Shown: piece after piece, positions 8,270-18,334 of the stretch
Layout of the letters: each line of letters begins with the position of its first letter
Numbering within the stretch: position 1 is the stretch's first letter
From: Klebsiella phage fENko-Kae01
Length of the DNA: 64,000 nucleotides
Sequence record: OR228459.1
Direction: 5' to 3' (one strand)
Notes under the pieces: model-generated
What the model was told of the DNA's origin: nothing
What the model saw: only the letters and a program-made list of their open reading frames with translations
The model's database searches: none
Made by a program: the position numbers and the translations under genes

Positions 8270-9202
8270 ATGATTACTAAAGATGATTTTTATGAATTTC
8301 TGAAAGCGTTTTATAATAAGTTCAGGTCAGCGGGTGAATATTTCAATGTTCACCCATATAATGAATTTCAAAGAAAAGAAAAGGAATATCATAACTTATG
8401 TGATGAATTGGGATTTTATGCTCGTGTTAGTTATAACACCTCCCCTCATGCACACAACATATATGGAATGTACGGAATTGATTTTCGTGATTTAATAACA
8501 TTAGGGTATATTCAAAATAAAGAATATTATTTAGAAATTCGCAATGATGAAGAAAATCCAACTTACTTAACACCAGACGACAGTACTTTTGAAAAGATAG
8601 CTAAAGCATTTATTTATGGTCAAGGAAAATTCACTATTCTTCCAGATGATGTTATTACAATTGGTGATGTGTCTTTAACAGTTTTTGAAATCCATAAAGC
8701 AATTGAAGAATATTCAGTACCACATCGTCTTAAAAAAATAGCAATCGATGATTTGTATGTTTTCCCATCAAAGGGTGACGATTACTCCTTTGGGGTTGGG
8801 GAACGTTACACGGAAGAATATTGTGATATGGTAGAAGATATTGATACACGTTTATCACCTTATTTCTTTTCTGCTGATGGAATAGTGAATGCTGATATTT
8901 CTCCTGAACATCAACGGTACTCATGGGATACATTCAAAGATAAAATAGTTGACGATATTACTGATATGGATGCCGTTTGGATTTGTAAAACAAAACCAGA
9001 TGTTCAATTTAATGTTAACATTGATACTTTAAAAAACTTGATTTCTTCTTTAGTAAAATCTAAAAATCCAGTAGCAGGATTATTAATGATACGTGTATTG
9101 ACACAAAACAAAATCACTATAAATTACACTGATGTTCCAGAATTCAAAGTATTTGTGGAACAACATGGTCAAATAATGCGTGAATTGAGAACAATGCACT
9201 AA
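8270..9202 (+). CDS. hypothetical protein
   Basis: Start trimmed to ATG (MITKDDF...) 2 nt after upstream stop, GAGGT RBS. Confidence 0.6.
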   Translation: MITKDDFYEFLKAFYNKFRSAGEYFNVHPYNEFQRKEKEYHNLCDELGFYARVSYNTSPHAHNIYGMYGIDFRDLITLGYIQNKEYYLEIRNDEENPTYLTPDDSTFEKIAKAFIYGQGKFTILPDDVITIGDVSLTVFEIHKAIEEYSVPHRLKKIAIDDLYVFPSKGDDYSFGVGERYTEEYCDMVEDIDTRLSPYFFSADGIVNADISPEHQRYSWDTFKDKIVDDITDMDAVWICKTKPDVQFNVNIDTLKNLISSLVKSKNPVAGLLMIRVLTQNKITINYTDVPEFKVFVEQHGQIMRELRTMH

Positions 9203-9205
9203 TAT

Positions 9206-9236
9206 ATGGGAAGCAATGCTTCCCATTTTCTTTAAG
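9206..9236 (+). terminator. rho-independent terminator
   Basis: TGGGAAGC-AAT-GCTTCCCA + TTTTCTTT; same stem family as terminator at 6948. Confidence 0.65.
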
Positions 9237-9244
9237 AGAATTTT

Positions 9245-9655
9245 ATGAATTTAGAAAAAACATTAAAATACATTGATGATAATTTTGAAAAACTGTATTC
9301 AGAAAAAAGTAAATCAAACACTAGAATTGATATTGAAAACAGTTTTATGGGTATTATTTTTGATTGGGATTTTTCTACTAAAGATACAGTACTGAAACTT
9401 GAATGGTTTCCGCATCAATATAAGTATTCTATTATCATTGAACTTTATAGTGAGACCGAATTTATATTAAACACATGGAATTCTAGAAGTTATTTGTGGT
9501 ATGAAGATTTTATTATAGATTTTGATATTGAACGTGGTTATTTTGATTGTTTAGATACTGTATATCCTATGGCATCTAACTTCAAATTTAAGTACTTAAA
9601 AATACTGAAAAGTATTTCTGTGAAATACATGATTAAGAAGGGTATAAACAAATGA
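9245..9655 (+). CDS. hypothetical protein
   Basis: 136-aa ORF. Confidence 0.55.
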   Translation: MNLEKTLKYIDDNFEKLYSEKSKSNTRIDIENSFMGIIFDWDFSTKDTVLKLEWFPHQYKYSIIIELYSETEFILNTWNSRSYLWYEDFIIDFDIERGYFDCLDTVYPMASNFKFKYLKILKSISVKYMIKKGINK

Positions 9656-9662
9656 GGTGAAT

Positions 9663-9905
9663 ATGAAAACCGATAAAGCTATTGAAAAGATGCGTCGTAA
9701 TAAGCGTAATTGGACTATCCCTAAACTGAAAGTAATCGCCGCACGTTGTGGTATTTCGTGCGTGTCGAATGGCAGTACTCATCACGTTTTCAGGTTAGAG
9801 GGTGTTGTAGAACATTTGTCAATTCCATTCAATGGTAAGGACATTCACCCTGATTATATAACTAAATTTCTACGCCTAATAGATAAGGCAACAGGAGAGA
9901 AGTAA
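9663..9905 (+). CDS. hypothetical protein
   Basis: ATG after GAGGTGA RBS (ORF-track start is GTG). Confidence 0.5.
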   Translation: MKTDKAIEKMRRNKRNWTIPKLKVIAARCGISCVSNGSTHHVFRLEGVVEHLSIPFNGKDIHPDYITKFLRLIDKATGEK

Positions 9906-11140
9906 TGATTTCTGAATACATGGCAATGTTTTCAAAAATGATGAATGACTATCCGTGGATGATGGGTCTTTATTCATTATATGGAATGGCAGTAATAACG
10001 TATCTAACAAAATTCATTCCTAAGATTTGGAACTTTATCTACAGTCAAAGTATTACAACATTAGAATTGAATAATGCTGGTTGGTCTGGAAATGAAGCTC
10101 ACTTTTTGGCATTTATGGAATGGTACTTAAAAAGTCCATATGCTAAGTGGTCACGCTATCTTTCACTAGATGGTAAATTTCACAGATGGGAAGATGATGA
10201 ACCTACGAATAAAACTTATGTAATTGGTGCTGGTTATGGTACACACTTCTTCTTTTACAAGAAGCGTCTATTTTGGTTCTCTAAAGGAACATTACAAAGT
10301 TCGGGTTCGGAGAAAGAAAAACAAAATATTGTAATTAAAACACTAGGACGCACACAGAAACCATTAGTAGATTTAGTTGCTGATTTTGCAGTTAAACCTA
10401 AAGAAACTGATATTAGTATCTTTAACTATAAAGATGATTGGGAACAGATTTCATCAGTAACTAAACGTCCACTATCATCAGTAATTCTACGTAAAGATAT
10501 TAAAGATGAATTGGTTGGAAATCTTGAGTACTTCTATGCTAATCGTGAATGGTACGTGTCACGTGGTCTAGCATATAAACAAACTTATATCCTACACGGT
10601 TTACCCGGTACAGGTAAAAGTAGTACTATCAAAGCACTAGCATCACACTTCAAAAAGAATATCTGTATCATTGATATTACTACAATGAGTAACATGGCAT
10701 TCGAAAAAGCAATGGCATCCGTTCCTCGTGGTTCAATCGTTCTAATCGAAGATTTTGATTCGTGTCGTGCATTACATTCACGTGAAGATAGTGAAGATAA
10801 TACAAATGGGATGGCTGAATTGGTCGAAGTACTCTCACTATCTAAAGTACTAAATGTTCTTGATGGTGTAGTTAGTCTAGATGATACTGTGGTATTTTTG
10901 ACCACCAACCACCTAGAGAAGATTGACGCTGCAATGACACGTAAAGGCCGGGTTGATTATTGCATCGAGATTCCACACCTAGAAGATGCAGAAGTGAAAG
11001 AATATATTCATCTTATGTATCCAGATAAAGAAATTCCACAAAAAACATTTGACACCATCGCGGGTTGTGATATACAATCTCTTTACCTCGAACATAAAGA
11101 AGATTTCAACAGCTTCATTGGAAGTCTAAAGGAGAAATAA
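9905..11140 (+). CDS. AAA+ ATPase with N-terminal membrane anchor (BCS1-like architecture)
   Basis: Walker A GLPGTGKSS, Walker B IVLIEDFD, sensor/arginine region TTNHLEKID...RKGRVD; N-terminal hydrophobic segment. Confidence 0.8.
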   Translation: MISEYMAMFSKMMNDYPWMMGLYSLYGMAVITYLTKFIPKIWNFIYSQSITTLELNNAGWSGNEAHFLAFMEWYLKSPYAKWSRYLSLDGKFHRWEDDEPTNKTYVIGAGYGTHFFFYKKRLFWFSKGTLQSSGSEKEKQNIVIKTLGRTQKPLVDLVADFAVKPKETDISIFNYKDDWEQISSVTKRPLSSVILRKDIKDELVGNLEYFYANREWYVSRGLAYKQTYILHGLPGTGKSSTIKALASHFKKNICIIDITTMSNMAFEKAMASVPRGSIVLIEDFDSCRALHSREDSEDNTNGMAELVEVLSLSKVLNVLDGVVSLDDTVVFLTTNHLEKIDAAMTRKGRVDYCIEIPHLEDAEVKEYIHLMYPDKEIPQKTFDTIAGCDIQSLYLEHKEDFNSFIGSLKEK

Positions 11141-11550
11141 TGGCTGAACTTAAACTCAAGTTGCGTGAGCGTTGGGTTAATGTTAGCGATAATACGGTAA
11201 TTCAAAGTCTCGTCACTGAGGAAACTATTCACATTGATGATGACTTAGATTTTGAAGAAATGGCACATTATTATATGTGCCTCCGTGTTGGGTCGAGTAT
11301 TGTAGATGGTGTCCGTCATGAAGTTTCAGTTTATGACGGTTCATTGACAAAAGAAGAAATGTTTGATTTCATTCTAAACAATACAGTAACATTATCTCCT
11401 GATGGATCTACTTGGAAGAAACATAATGAAGACGGTACTGAAGAAAAAGTAGTACTGAAATATAATGTATCAATTAATGGCTGTAGTATGAGTGGTTATG
11501 ATTTAGAAGATGCTATTAATCACTACGTTAAGGAGATTCAAAATAAATGA
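11140..11550 (+). CDS. hypothetical protein
   Basis: ATGG/TAA overlap with AAA+ gene; 136 aa. Confidence 0.55.
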   Translation: MAELKLKLRERWVNVSDNTVIQSLVTEETIHIDDDLDFEEMAHYYMCLRVGSSIVDGVRHEVSVYDGSLTKEEMFDFILNNTVTLSPDGSTWKKHNEDGTEEKVVLKYNVSINGCSMSGYDLEDAINHYVKEIQNK

Positions 11551-11870
11551 TTTCAGTAATGTGTGTAATTTGTGCTACTATCGTAATTTGTACTTTTATT
11601 AAGTACCGTTGCATTTGGAAATGTCAGCAACAAGAATACAAATTATATCGTGAGAAAAACAAGAAATCACCGTTTGTTATTCGTCCACATTTATATAAGC
11701 ATCCACATGATGCATCTAAACATTATTGGGGTTATGTAGTATTCAATACTGACACTGACCACCCATATACTGGCATTGATAAAAACAATACATCTTTTAC
11801 TGTATATCGCGAAAAGGCCGATGCAGATAAGCGTCGTAAAGAATTGGATGAATTATATGAATACAATTGA
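11547..11870 (+). CDS. hypothetical protein (N-terminal TM helix)
   Basis: 107-aa ORF, ATGA overlap. Confidence 0.5.
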   Translation: MISVMCVICATIVICTFIKYRCIWKCQQQEYKLYREKNKKSPFVIRPHLYKHPHDASKHYWGYVVFNTDTDHPYTGIDKNNTSFTVYREKADADKRRKELDELYEYN

Positions 11871-12048
11871 TTATAATGATGCCATAAAATTGATGGAGAA
11901 ATTCATCAATACTTACAAAGTAAAAGGAAAATTAAAAGGGTATTCTTATTCATTCAGTTCACGTAAGATAGAATTACGAGACAATAGTACTTCCGAATCT
12001 GTTATTATATGCAACGATCGTCTGATATATGTACAATCAATAACCTGA
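11848..12048 (+). CDS. hypothetical small protein
   Basis: Start chosen at internal ATG near upstream gene end; uncertain. Confidence 0.4.
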   Translation: MNYMNTIDYNDAIKLMEKFINTYKVKGKLKGYSYSFSSRKIELRDNSTSESVIICNDRLIYVQSIT

Positions 12049-12214
12049 TTCAAAACTACATCCTTTAAACGTTACTTATGTGAAGAAGAATGTTTTCAGG
12101 ATTCTTGTATTGGTGAAGTCGGTTGCGATGAAAAGATGGAGTTGCTTATCAAAGAATGTGTTGACGTGTACTACCAAAGTGTGATAAACTCGCTTAACAT
12201 AGGTGGTTGGGTTG

Positions 12215-12613
12215 ATGAGTGAAAATGTTGTTAATCGTAATAAACTATTAGAACGAGGTTTAATGTTGATAGTTGGTGCTACTATGTCATTAGAAGATAC
12301 TGGTAGTACTGGTCAATACCTCGTGAAAATGGGTACAATGAAGTTAGTACTATCTAGAAACTTTACAGAGGTTGCTATTTCAAAACACTATGTAACTATT
12401 AGATGGATGAGTGAAAGTATTGTATTAAGTCGGGCAACATCAGAAGAAGATTATTTTCAGAAGATGTGTCTTGATGATTCGTATTGTGATGAAGAGTACG
12501 AAAAAGGTATTAAAGAATTTTTTGATTTATATATGAAATCCTTGTATCGCAATTTTGCAATAGGGGGTTTCCTAGAAGGTGCTTATGCAGAAGATATCGA
12601 AAACGATCAGTAA
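12215..12613 (+). CDS. hypothetical protein
   Basis: ATG (MSENVVN...) after AGGTGG RBS. Confidence 0.5.
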   Translation: MSENVVNRNKLLERGLMLIVGATMSLEDTGSTGQYLVKMGTMKLVLSRNFTEVAISKHYVTIRWMSESIVLSRATSEEDYFQKMCLDDSYCDEEYEKGIKEFFDLYMKSLYRNFAIGGFLEGAYAEDIENDQ

Positions 12614-12914
12614 GTATCTCGCTGGTTTGAGTAAGTTTAAACAAGGCGAAGAATACGAAAGTAACAACATAAAATATAGGATTATGTTTGATCCACAATC
12701 CTATGATCAAGTACTATTATTTTTCAGTAAAGAGAATGGGCGAGAATCAATCCAATTTGCTTGTACTGAATTTGGTATTTACATTCGTGAAGAAGATAGT
12801 GATTCACCATCTCACTATTACTATCACACCCTTATGTACACACGTGATTTTGGATTTACCCTTTACGATCTAGCCAATGTGTATCACATTTTCAAAGAAA
12901 TGAAAAAATCTTGA
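12579..12914 (+). CDS. hypothetical protein
   Basis: 111-aa ORF; start uncertain (alternative ATG at ~12684). Confidence 0.45.
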   Translation: MLMQKISKTISKYLAGLSKFKQGEEYESNNIKYRIMFDPQSYDQVLLFFSKENGRESIQFACTEFGIYIREEDSDSPSHYYYHTLMYTRDFGFTLYDLANVYHIFKEMKKS

Positions 12915-12942
12915 GACAAATCTTAGCTTTTGTGATATAATA
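12910..12942 (+). promoter_or_regulatory. class-G promoter (TTGAGACAAA ... TGTGATATAAT)
   Basis: Third copy of class-G motif. Confidence 0.55.
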
Positions 12943-12969
12943 ACGAGAGTCAATCAATGGAGATAAAAT

Positions 12970-13830
12970 ATGTTTACTAAATTTCACAATGTAAGTTTCA
13001 TCACTTCAACTGTCACTGGTCTAGAGGTCGAAGGCAATCATCTAGTGATTCACACAACTGGTAGTTCTTACGAAGTTCCTTTCAAGAGTGGGGCTGAAGC
13101 AAAATCTGGTCTAGATGAACTAACTGATATTCTAAACAATAATAATATTAATACCAATAAAAAAGAAGAAACCGCATCCAAGACCGATGATATTCTAAAT
13201 CTTGCACAGGAAGCCGTAGAATCGCTTCAAGGCGTTCTAGGAACCCTACGTAGTGCTGCTACTTCTAAAGTGGCTGACGTAGCAGTTAAAAGCGTTTTAG
13301 ACCGTATTGATGGTCGTCTATCTTCTGTACTTGATGCAAAAGATGATCTTATTGCCAAAGCTAAGAGCATCTTTGAACATGCGGAACCAGAAAATAAACC
13401 AAAAGCACAACCAAAAACTAAAGAAAAGTCAGTAGTAAAAGAACCTAAGAACAGCGATGTATCAGTAGGTGATAACATTTTTGGTGATATTCTAAATGAT
13501 ATCTTCACTGGTACTTCTTGTGTGGATGTTTCACATGAGCATGGTGCTAAGAAAATCACAGTGGACGAATTCAAACAAGTATTTGGTACTGAGTCTGAAC
13601 CACTAATCGGTGATCTAACCGATAAACAATTACGTGAGTTCATTTCTGAGTTTGTTGATGGTGCACTAGAGAATGAGCGTGTACAAGTACTATTCAATAA
13701 TATCAAAGAACAATTTGGCGTTGAAGAAGCAGAAAAAGCAATTGAAGGATATAAGAAACTAATTCATACATTCTGTAACCAAAATGTTGAGATGACACTA
13801 TCTCAAGTAATTGCTCGTTACTTCTCCTAA
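12970..13830 (+). CDS. hypothetical protein
   Basis: 286-aa ORF, GGAGATAAAATATG RBS. Confidence 0.6.
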   Translation: MFTKFHNVSFITSTVTGLEVEGNHLVIHTTGSSYEVPFKSGAEAKSGLDELTDILNNNNINTNKKEETASKTDDILNLAQEAVESLQGVLGTLRSAATSKVADVAVKSVLDRIDGRLSSVLDAKDDLIAKAKSIFEHAEPENKPKAQPKTKEKSVVKEPKNSDVSVGDNIFGDILNDIFTGTSCVDVSHEHGAKKITVDEFKQVFGTESEPLIGDLTDKQLREFISEFVDGALENERVQVLFNNIKEQFGVEEAEKAIEGYKKLIHTFCNQNVEMTLSQVIARYFS

Positions 13831-13832
13831 TA

Positions 13833-13862
13833 AAAAAGGCGACCGAAAGGCCGCCTTTTTTG
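13833..13862. terminator. bidirectional rho-independent terminator
   Basis: A6-GGCGACC-GAAA-GGCCGCC-T9 between convergent genes. Confidence 0.75.
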
Positions 13863-13864
13863 TT

Positions 13865-15007
13865 TTAGTCTTTACCAACTATTACAATTTTACCAGTTAA
13901 TTCAATATTGCTATGTAGAATTATTTCTTCATCACTTTCTAAATCTACTTCAAGCATAACTACGTTATTACCTTCGTACACAGTAAAGGAAATATTCTTC
14001 TTACCATGTTCAGACGCTGCGATGTTCATCAAGAATTTTTCACCTGATGCAGTCCACGCTAGAGGTGCTACATATGGAGTTGTTTTGAGAGTTTTACCAA
14101 TAATTACAGCACGATATGGAGTATCATCGTATTTGGTTACTGTAATATTCCCATTCACTACTGATACGTCTGCATCATAAAGTACAAAATTAGTTTGATC
14201 TAATGATTGAAGTTGGATTACAATATCATTACCACGTCCATGAACAGAAGCAGGTATGGTTGATACGAATACATTACCAGATTGTTGTTGTTCTGAACTT
14301 GGAATTGAAATTGACGTAACATAATCTGAGTCTTGGTCATCCATGATAATTGGAACTGTTACTGACTTGTCATTATAGTTTGGAGAGGTTACTTTAATAG
14401 TAACTGTACCCGGCCCTACTATTGGGGTAACAGTGTCGATAACGAATGAACCATCTGGATTTACAATACCGGTTACTTCTCTACCATCTGGTAGTGTTGC
14501 TGTTATCACCATACCATTAGTGTTTACTGTTCCACTAGGAACTGTTATCACACCGGTAATACTGGTATCACCATTTTTAATTGGATTTGCTATGATATTA
14601 GAAATATCAATGGGTGGAATTCCACATTCAGGAATGTACATATCATAAAGTACTTTTCCGTTACTTAGAATCTTTTTATTAGTTAAGAATCTGATTACAA
14701 AACCTTCAATTGTGTGTTGCGGGTTATAGCCACGAACAAAGAAAGTATTTCTTGGAATCATATTAACTAATTGCGAATCGGATAACGAATAATCTAAAAA
14801 TACGCCTGTTACGTCTACGCCTGTTAGTAATAGCTTTTGGTATACAATTTCAGTACTTGGATCAATTAAGTCAAACATTACATCTGAACGTTGTTTGTAG
14901 ATGCGAAGGTTTGTAGTCTTAGTGTGATCGTGGAAGTGTACACCGTTAGCAATATACCCACAGACACCGTAAGGATATTCATTAATTCCAGCTATCGGTC
15001 TTGCCAT
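13865..15007 (-). CDS. Ig-like (Big-type) repeat structural/decoration-like protein
   Basis: 380 aa; repeated TVTxPxGxVTxxG beta-sandwich segments; strong AAGGGGGAAAAATG RBS; lone minus-strand gene in plus block. Confidence 0.7.
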   Translation of the reverse strand: MARPIAGINEYPYGVCGYIANGVHFHDHTKTTNLRIYKQRSDVMFDLIDPSTEIVYQKLLLTGVDVTGVFLDYSLSDSQLVNMIPRNTFFVRGYNPQHTIEGFVIRFLTNKKILSNGKVLYDMYIPECGIPPIDISNIIANPIKNGDTSITGVITVPSGTVNTNGMVITATLPDGREVTGIVNPDGSFVIDTVTPIVGPGTVTIKVTSPNYNDKSVTVPIIMDDQDSDYVTSISIPSSEQQQSGNVFVSTIPASVHGRGNDIVIQLQSLDQTNFVLYDADVSVVNGNITVTKYDDTPYRAVIIGKTLKTTPYVAPLAWTASGEKFLMNIAASEHGKKNISFTVYEGNNVVMLEVDLESDEEIILHSNIELTGKIVIVGKD

Positions 15008-15061
15008 TTTTCCCCCTTAAACATGAGTGTTATATCAATATTTACCTCAAAGAATAAAAAA

Positions 15062-15090
15062 TTGACACCATACATGATTTACGGTATAAT
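15062..15090 (+). promoter_or_regulatory. sigma70-type promoter TTGACA-N17-TATAAT
   Basis: Consensus hexamers, 17-bp spacer. Confidence 0.65.
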
Positions 15091-15146
15091 GTGTTTTGTT
15101 GATTGGGAGACCGATTGATCTCAAATTTATAAATTCAGGAGTTGTT

Positions 15147-15719
15147 ATGAGTCGTTTAATTATTAAGAATAACAAGATGACAGTTCGCTTGCACAATGAT
15201 GAGGCTGATTCGTTCATGGCTAAAGCTATTGCGAAATCAGAAAAATTTGAACGCATTGCGTCAGCAGCGAAGTCACCTTATGGTTTCAATCATCCACACG
15301 CTCATTTCGTTGGGATGGTTGCAGAACACGCTTCATGGATTCTGTTTAATAGTATTGAAGAACTAACCGGGAATGACCTGAAAATTGATCCTGCATATCG
15401 CGATGAGAACCGTGAGGCTGAATGTGACCTGTACGTTAACGGATTACGTATTGAAGTTAAAGGTATTAAGTATGGGTCGTGGTTAAACTTCGGGCCATGT
15501 ATTAGCTCTCGTCAATTGAAAAAAATTGAGAAAAAAGCTGACATTGTTTTGTGGGCGTTGTATAATGAACGTCGTCAGGAATTTTCATTCGAAGGATTTA
15601 ACTACGTTAAAGATATTCGTTCTATTCCTACTGTAGTTACAGGTGCAGTGGGTCGTCCACAAATCGAAAATCATCCAGTACTGGATATTCTTAAACCACT
15701 TCAGGAGCTTGCACTATGA
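15147..15719 (+). CDS. hypothetical protein, possible PD-(D/E)xK nuclease fold
   Basis: Start trimmed to ATG after CAGGAG; ECDLY...IEVKG resembles D-x(n)-E-x-K motif (weak). Confidence 0.55.
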   Translation: MSRLIIKNNKMTVRLHNDEADSFMAKAIAKSEKFERIASAAKSPYGFNHPHAHFVGMVAEHASWILFNSIEELTGNDLKIDPAYRDENREAECDLYVNGLRIEVKGIKYGSWLNFGPCISSRQLKKIEKKADIVLWALYNERRQEFSFEGFNYVKDIRSIPTVVTGAVGRPQIENHPVLDILKPLQELAL

Positions 15720-15925
15720 AAGCATGGGTATATGTTGATGGATATGCAAAAGTAGAAGCTGATTTCCCAGAACTACCACGGGTGGGAGATGAAATCTCTA
15801 TTAAAAGCATGACCGACTCATTTGGAACTAAGTACATTGTTGATTATGTACAGCATGAAATTCGCCACGGCGATCTAACAACTAAAGTAACTATTAATAT
15901 CTACACAAAGGAGGTTCCACTATGA
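15716..15925 (+). CDS. hypothetical protein
   Basis: ATGA overlap, 69 aa. Confidence 0.5.
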   Translation: MKAWVYVDGYAKVEADFPELPRVGDEISIKSMTDSFGTKYIVDYVQHEIRHGDLTTKVTINIYTKEVPL

Positions 15926-16395
15926 TTCTCTCGTGTATTGCAATTTTAATTCTATTCTGTGTGATTCTTTCTTGGACTGATTTACATTCACACGTAGGGT
16001 ATGCTTTCTATGTAGCAAAGAATGAAGGATGGCATCTATTTCCAATTGTTTGGTTTCAATCATTCTTTCTACCTACAGCATTTTTACGTAGTGGTAAGTC
16101 TGCTTTTGATTATACTGAATTGTCCAAATTGGAACGTACACTAAGGGCGTACTTTAGTAACGAGGAAGGAATCGAAGCAGAATGGGAATCACGGCGTGGA
16201 CAGTATTTTGAAATCAGTCGTAAGGGATTTAAAGGAATTCGTTTCCATATACCAAAAGATGATAGTGTTTCAATCAATGGTTATGATCGCTTAGTTCCAC
16301 CACGCCTAGCATTTTTGATGCTAGCATGTGCTAAACAGATTGTAAACGATCATAAAAAGAAAAAAAATACGAGTGAAAAACCACTTTTCAGTTGA
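15922..16395 (+). CDS. hypothetical membrane protein
   Basis: N-terminal TM helix; ATGA overlap. Confidence 0.55.
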   Translation: MILSCIAILILFCVILSWTDLHSHVGYAFYVAKNEGWHLFPIVWFQSFFLPTAFLRSGKSAFDYTELSKLERTLRAYFSNEEGIEAEWESRRGQYFEISRKGFKGIRFHIPKDDSVSINGYDRLVPPRLAFLMLACAKQIVNDHKKKKNTSEKPLFS

Positions 16396-16420
16396 CAGAT
16401 TGGTAATACCTAGATATAAT
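16392..16420 (+). promoter_or_regulatory. sigma70-type promoter TTGACA-N17-TATAAT
   Basis: Consensus hexamers. Confidence 0.65.
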
Positions 16421-16448
16421 ACTTTCACTAACTAAGGAGATAATTTGT

Positions 16449-16931
16449 ATGAATATCGTAGCAACTAAACTCTCAAGTTCAATGAGTAAACGTCAAGGTT
16501 ATCTTTCAATCTCTGATGCAATGGAACCAAATCTAAAAAGCTATACATTCAGCCATTGCCTTAAACTCAAAAAAGATGCACTCGGATTTACAAAATGGGT
16601 TCTATATTGGGATGATACCGATTTCGTAGTAGTATTCACTGTTATTACCACTGTTCTCAGTACTGGTTATATCAAAGCAACTATAATTGATCGTGAATTG
16701 ACTGATGTGCAAACTGTTGGTGCTTACACTGGTAAAAACTCATTCACTGAAGTTCATCTTGTACAAGGAAAATATCTAAGTACTAAAGAACGTGCGAACG
16801 CTATAAGTACTGCTCTTAGTACTCATGATTTCCGTGGGAATAACACTTCAACAAAAGAAGATCCCGAAAAACTACAAGCACAGATTGACGCCATTGCTGA
16901 ATCTTGGGGAATTAAACCCAAAAAATCATAA
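16449..16931 (+). CDS. hypothetical protein
   Basis: 160 aa, AAGGAGATAATTTGTATG RBS. Confidence 0.55.
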   Translation: MNIVATKLSSSMSKRQGYLSISDAMEPNLKSYTFSHCLKLKKDALGFTKWVLYWDDTDFVVVFTVITTVLSTGYIKATIIDRELTDVQTVGAYTGKNSFTEVHLVQGKYLSTKERANAISTALSTHDFRGNNTSTKEDPEKLQAQIDAIAESWGIKPKKS

Positions 16932-16937
16932 CCAGTT

Positions 16938-16960
16938 CAGGCCACTCAGTGGCCTTCTTT
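16938..16960 (+). terminator. rho-independent terminator
   Basis: AGGCCAC-TCA-GTGGCCT + TCTTT. Confidence 0.55.
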
Positions 16961-16975
16961 AAGGAGTTGATAAAA

Positions 16976-17419
16976 ATGATTACTTCAAAATTTTTCAAAT
17001 ATTATGTAGCATTTTATTTTTGTCTTTTATATTTGTTTGTAGGGTATTATACTAATATCATTACATGGGAAACTCCGTCACATTTACGGATTCTTATGAG
17101 TATTATTCTTAGTCTTGGAACATGTTTCTTTGCTGCAATGGTATTATCTTGTATGGCAGAAGATATGATGGCTGCTAAAGAATCATTCAGTATTTTTGGA
17201 AAGAAAAAACTATTTCGCATTTGGCAATACTTAGCAGCACCAATTTTCATTTGGGAAATTTATAAATGGGAACATTTCGGAATTATTATTCCATCATTAT
17301 TGATGTACATGGGTATGAAAGCACTAATCACTAATCACAATAATCATGTTGAAGCATTCAACGAAGAAGAACTTAAACGTAAAGCACGTCAGGAACAAGC
17401 GGAACAGGTGACATTATGA
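16976..17419 (+). CDS. hypothetical multi-TM membrane protein
   Basis: ATG after AAGGAG; ORF-track start inside terminator. Confidence 0.55.
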   Translation: MITSKFFKYYVAFYFCLLYLFVGYYTNIITWETPSHLRILMSIILSLGTCFFAAMVLSCMAEDMMAAKESFSIFGKKKLFRIWQYLAAPIFIWEIYKWEHFGIIIPSLLMYMGMKALITNHNNHVEAFNEEELKRKARQEQAEQVTL

Positions 17420-17829
17420 TCAAAGGTCTTTATATTTTCTTTTCAGTACTGATCGGTATTAAAGTACTAGAAGGAATTCCATTTCTAGATGTATTATCAG
17501 GTTCGTGGCATATTGTAAGTACTGTTGCATTACGTTCTTTTATGTTTTTAGCACTTTTTCTGGTTGCTTTTAACACCGCAGCGTTTATGGAAGAAAAAGA
17601 TAACCATGACAGTTCTTTTGTGCAATTTTATCTACGCCAGTTCATAGGTCTTAAATTATTACCATTATGGCCTTTGTACTTTTGGTTTGGGGCAGCAGCA
17701 TTTCAAGTACAAGTGAATAACGTTATCGATGCAGTAGCAATTTTCATTATTACTTTACTAGCAACAAGCGTTGTTCTTGTTCAGAATGGCTTGTATAAGC
17801 GGTTCCTAATGGAAGAAGTAAAAAAGTAA
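17416..17829 (+). CDS. hypothetical multi-TM membrane protein
   Basis: ATGA overlap; hydrophobic. Confidence 0.55.
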   Translation: MIKGLYIFFSVLIGIKVLEGIPFLDVLSGSWHIVSTVALRSFMFLALFLVAFNTAAFMEEKDNHDSSFVQFYLRQFIGLKLLPLWPLYFWFGAAAFQVQVNNVIDAVAIFIITLLATSVVLVQNGLYKRFLMEEVKK

Positions 17830-17835
17830 ACATAA

Positions 17836-17870
17836 TCATTGACCGCCTAGGCGGTCATTGTTATAATATA
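17836..17870 (+). promoter_or_regulatory. hairpin-embedded promoter (TTGACC in perfect 16-bp palindrome GACCGCCTAGGCGGTC, then TATAAT)
   Basis: -35 inside stem, 18-bp spacer to TATAAT; relative of the UUCG-hairpin promoter family. Confidence 0.55.
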
Positions 17871-17897
17871 TGCATACAAACAAAAGAGGAAATAAGA

Positions 17898-18320
17898 ATG
17901 TCTTGGAAACATGTTGACCGTGCTGAACTGAACCAATTTGATATCTTTGCTTTTGTAAATCTCAAACAAAATGTAGTGATGAAAGGTCGTGTTTTCACAG
18001 GTTCCGATTTAGTTACTAAAGTGCTAGTAATGGATAGTGAAGGTGAAATTCAAGGCGTACTCGATCTCCCTGATTGGGCCTATTACAGTACTGAAGATGC
18101 CATGCTTAAAGCATTCTATGAAGAAGTTGGAGCACTTCCTGGGGGTGACTTCAAGAATAAAGTATGGAACATGACGCATAATAATTATCGCATGGAACAA
18201 CTTTCGGCAATGATTCAGCGTCTTACTGACATTGCATTTGAAACACCAGAAGCAATCATTTTAAAATACGTTCCCGATTTGACCATTACTGATTCAATGC
18301 TTGAGCAATTCAAGTTCTAA
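17898..18320 (+). CDS. hypothetical protein
   Basis: 140 aa, AAGAGGAAATAAGAATG RBS. Confidence 0.55.
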   Translation: MSWKHVDRAELNQFDIFAFVNLKQNVVMKGRVFTGSDLVTKVLVMDSEGEIQGVLDLPDWAYYSTEDAMLKAFYEEVGALPGGDFKNKVWNMTHNNYRMEQLSAMIQRLTDIAFETPEAIILKYVPDLTITDSMLEQFKF

Positions 18321-18334
18321 TAGAAAAAAAGCAG

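Noticed and set aside
10585-10908. 107-aa minus-strand ORF
   Set aside because: Antisense to AAA+ ATPase gene with clear Walker motifs.
13227-13706. 159-aa minus-strand ORF
   Set aside because: Entirely antisense to the well-supported gene 12970-13830. No RBS.
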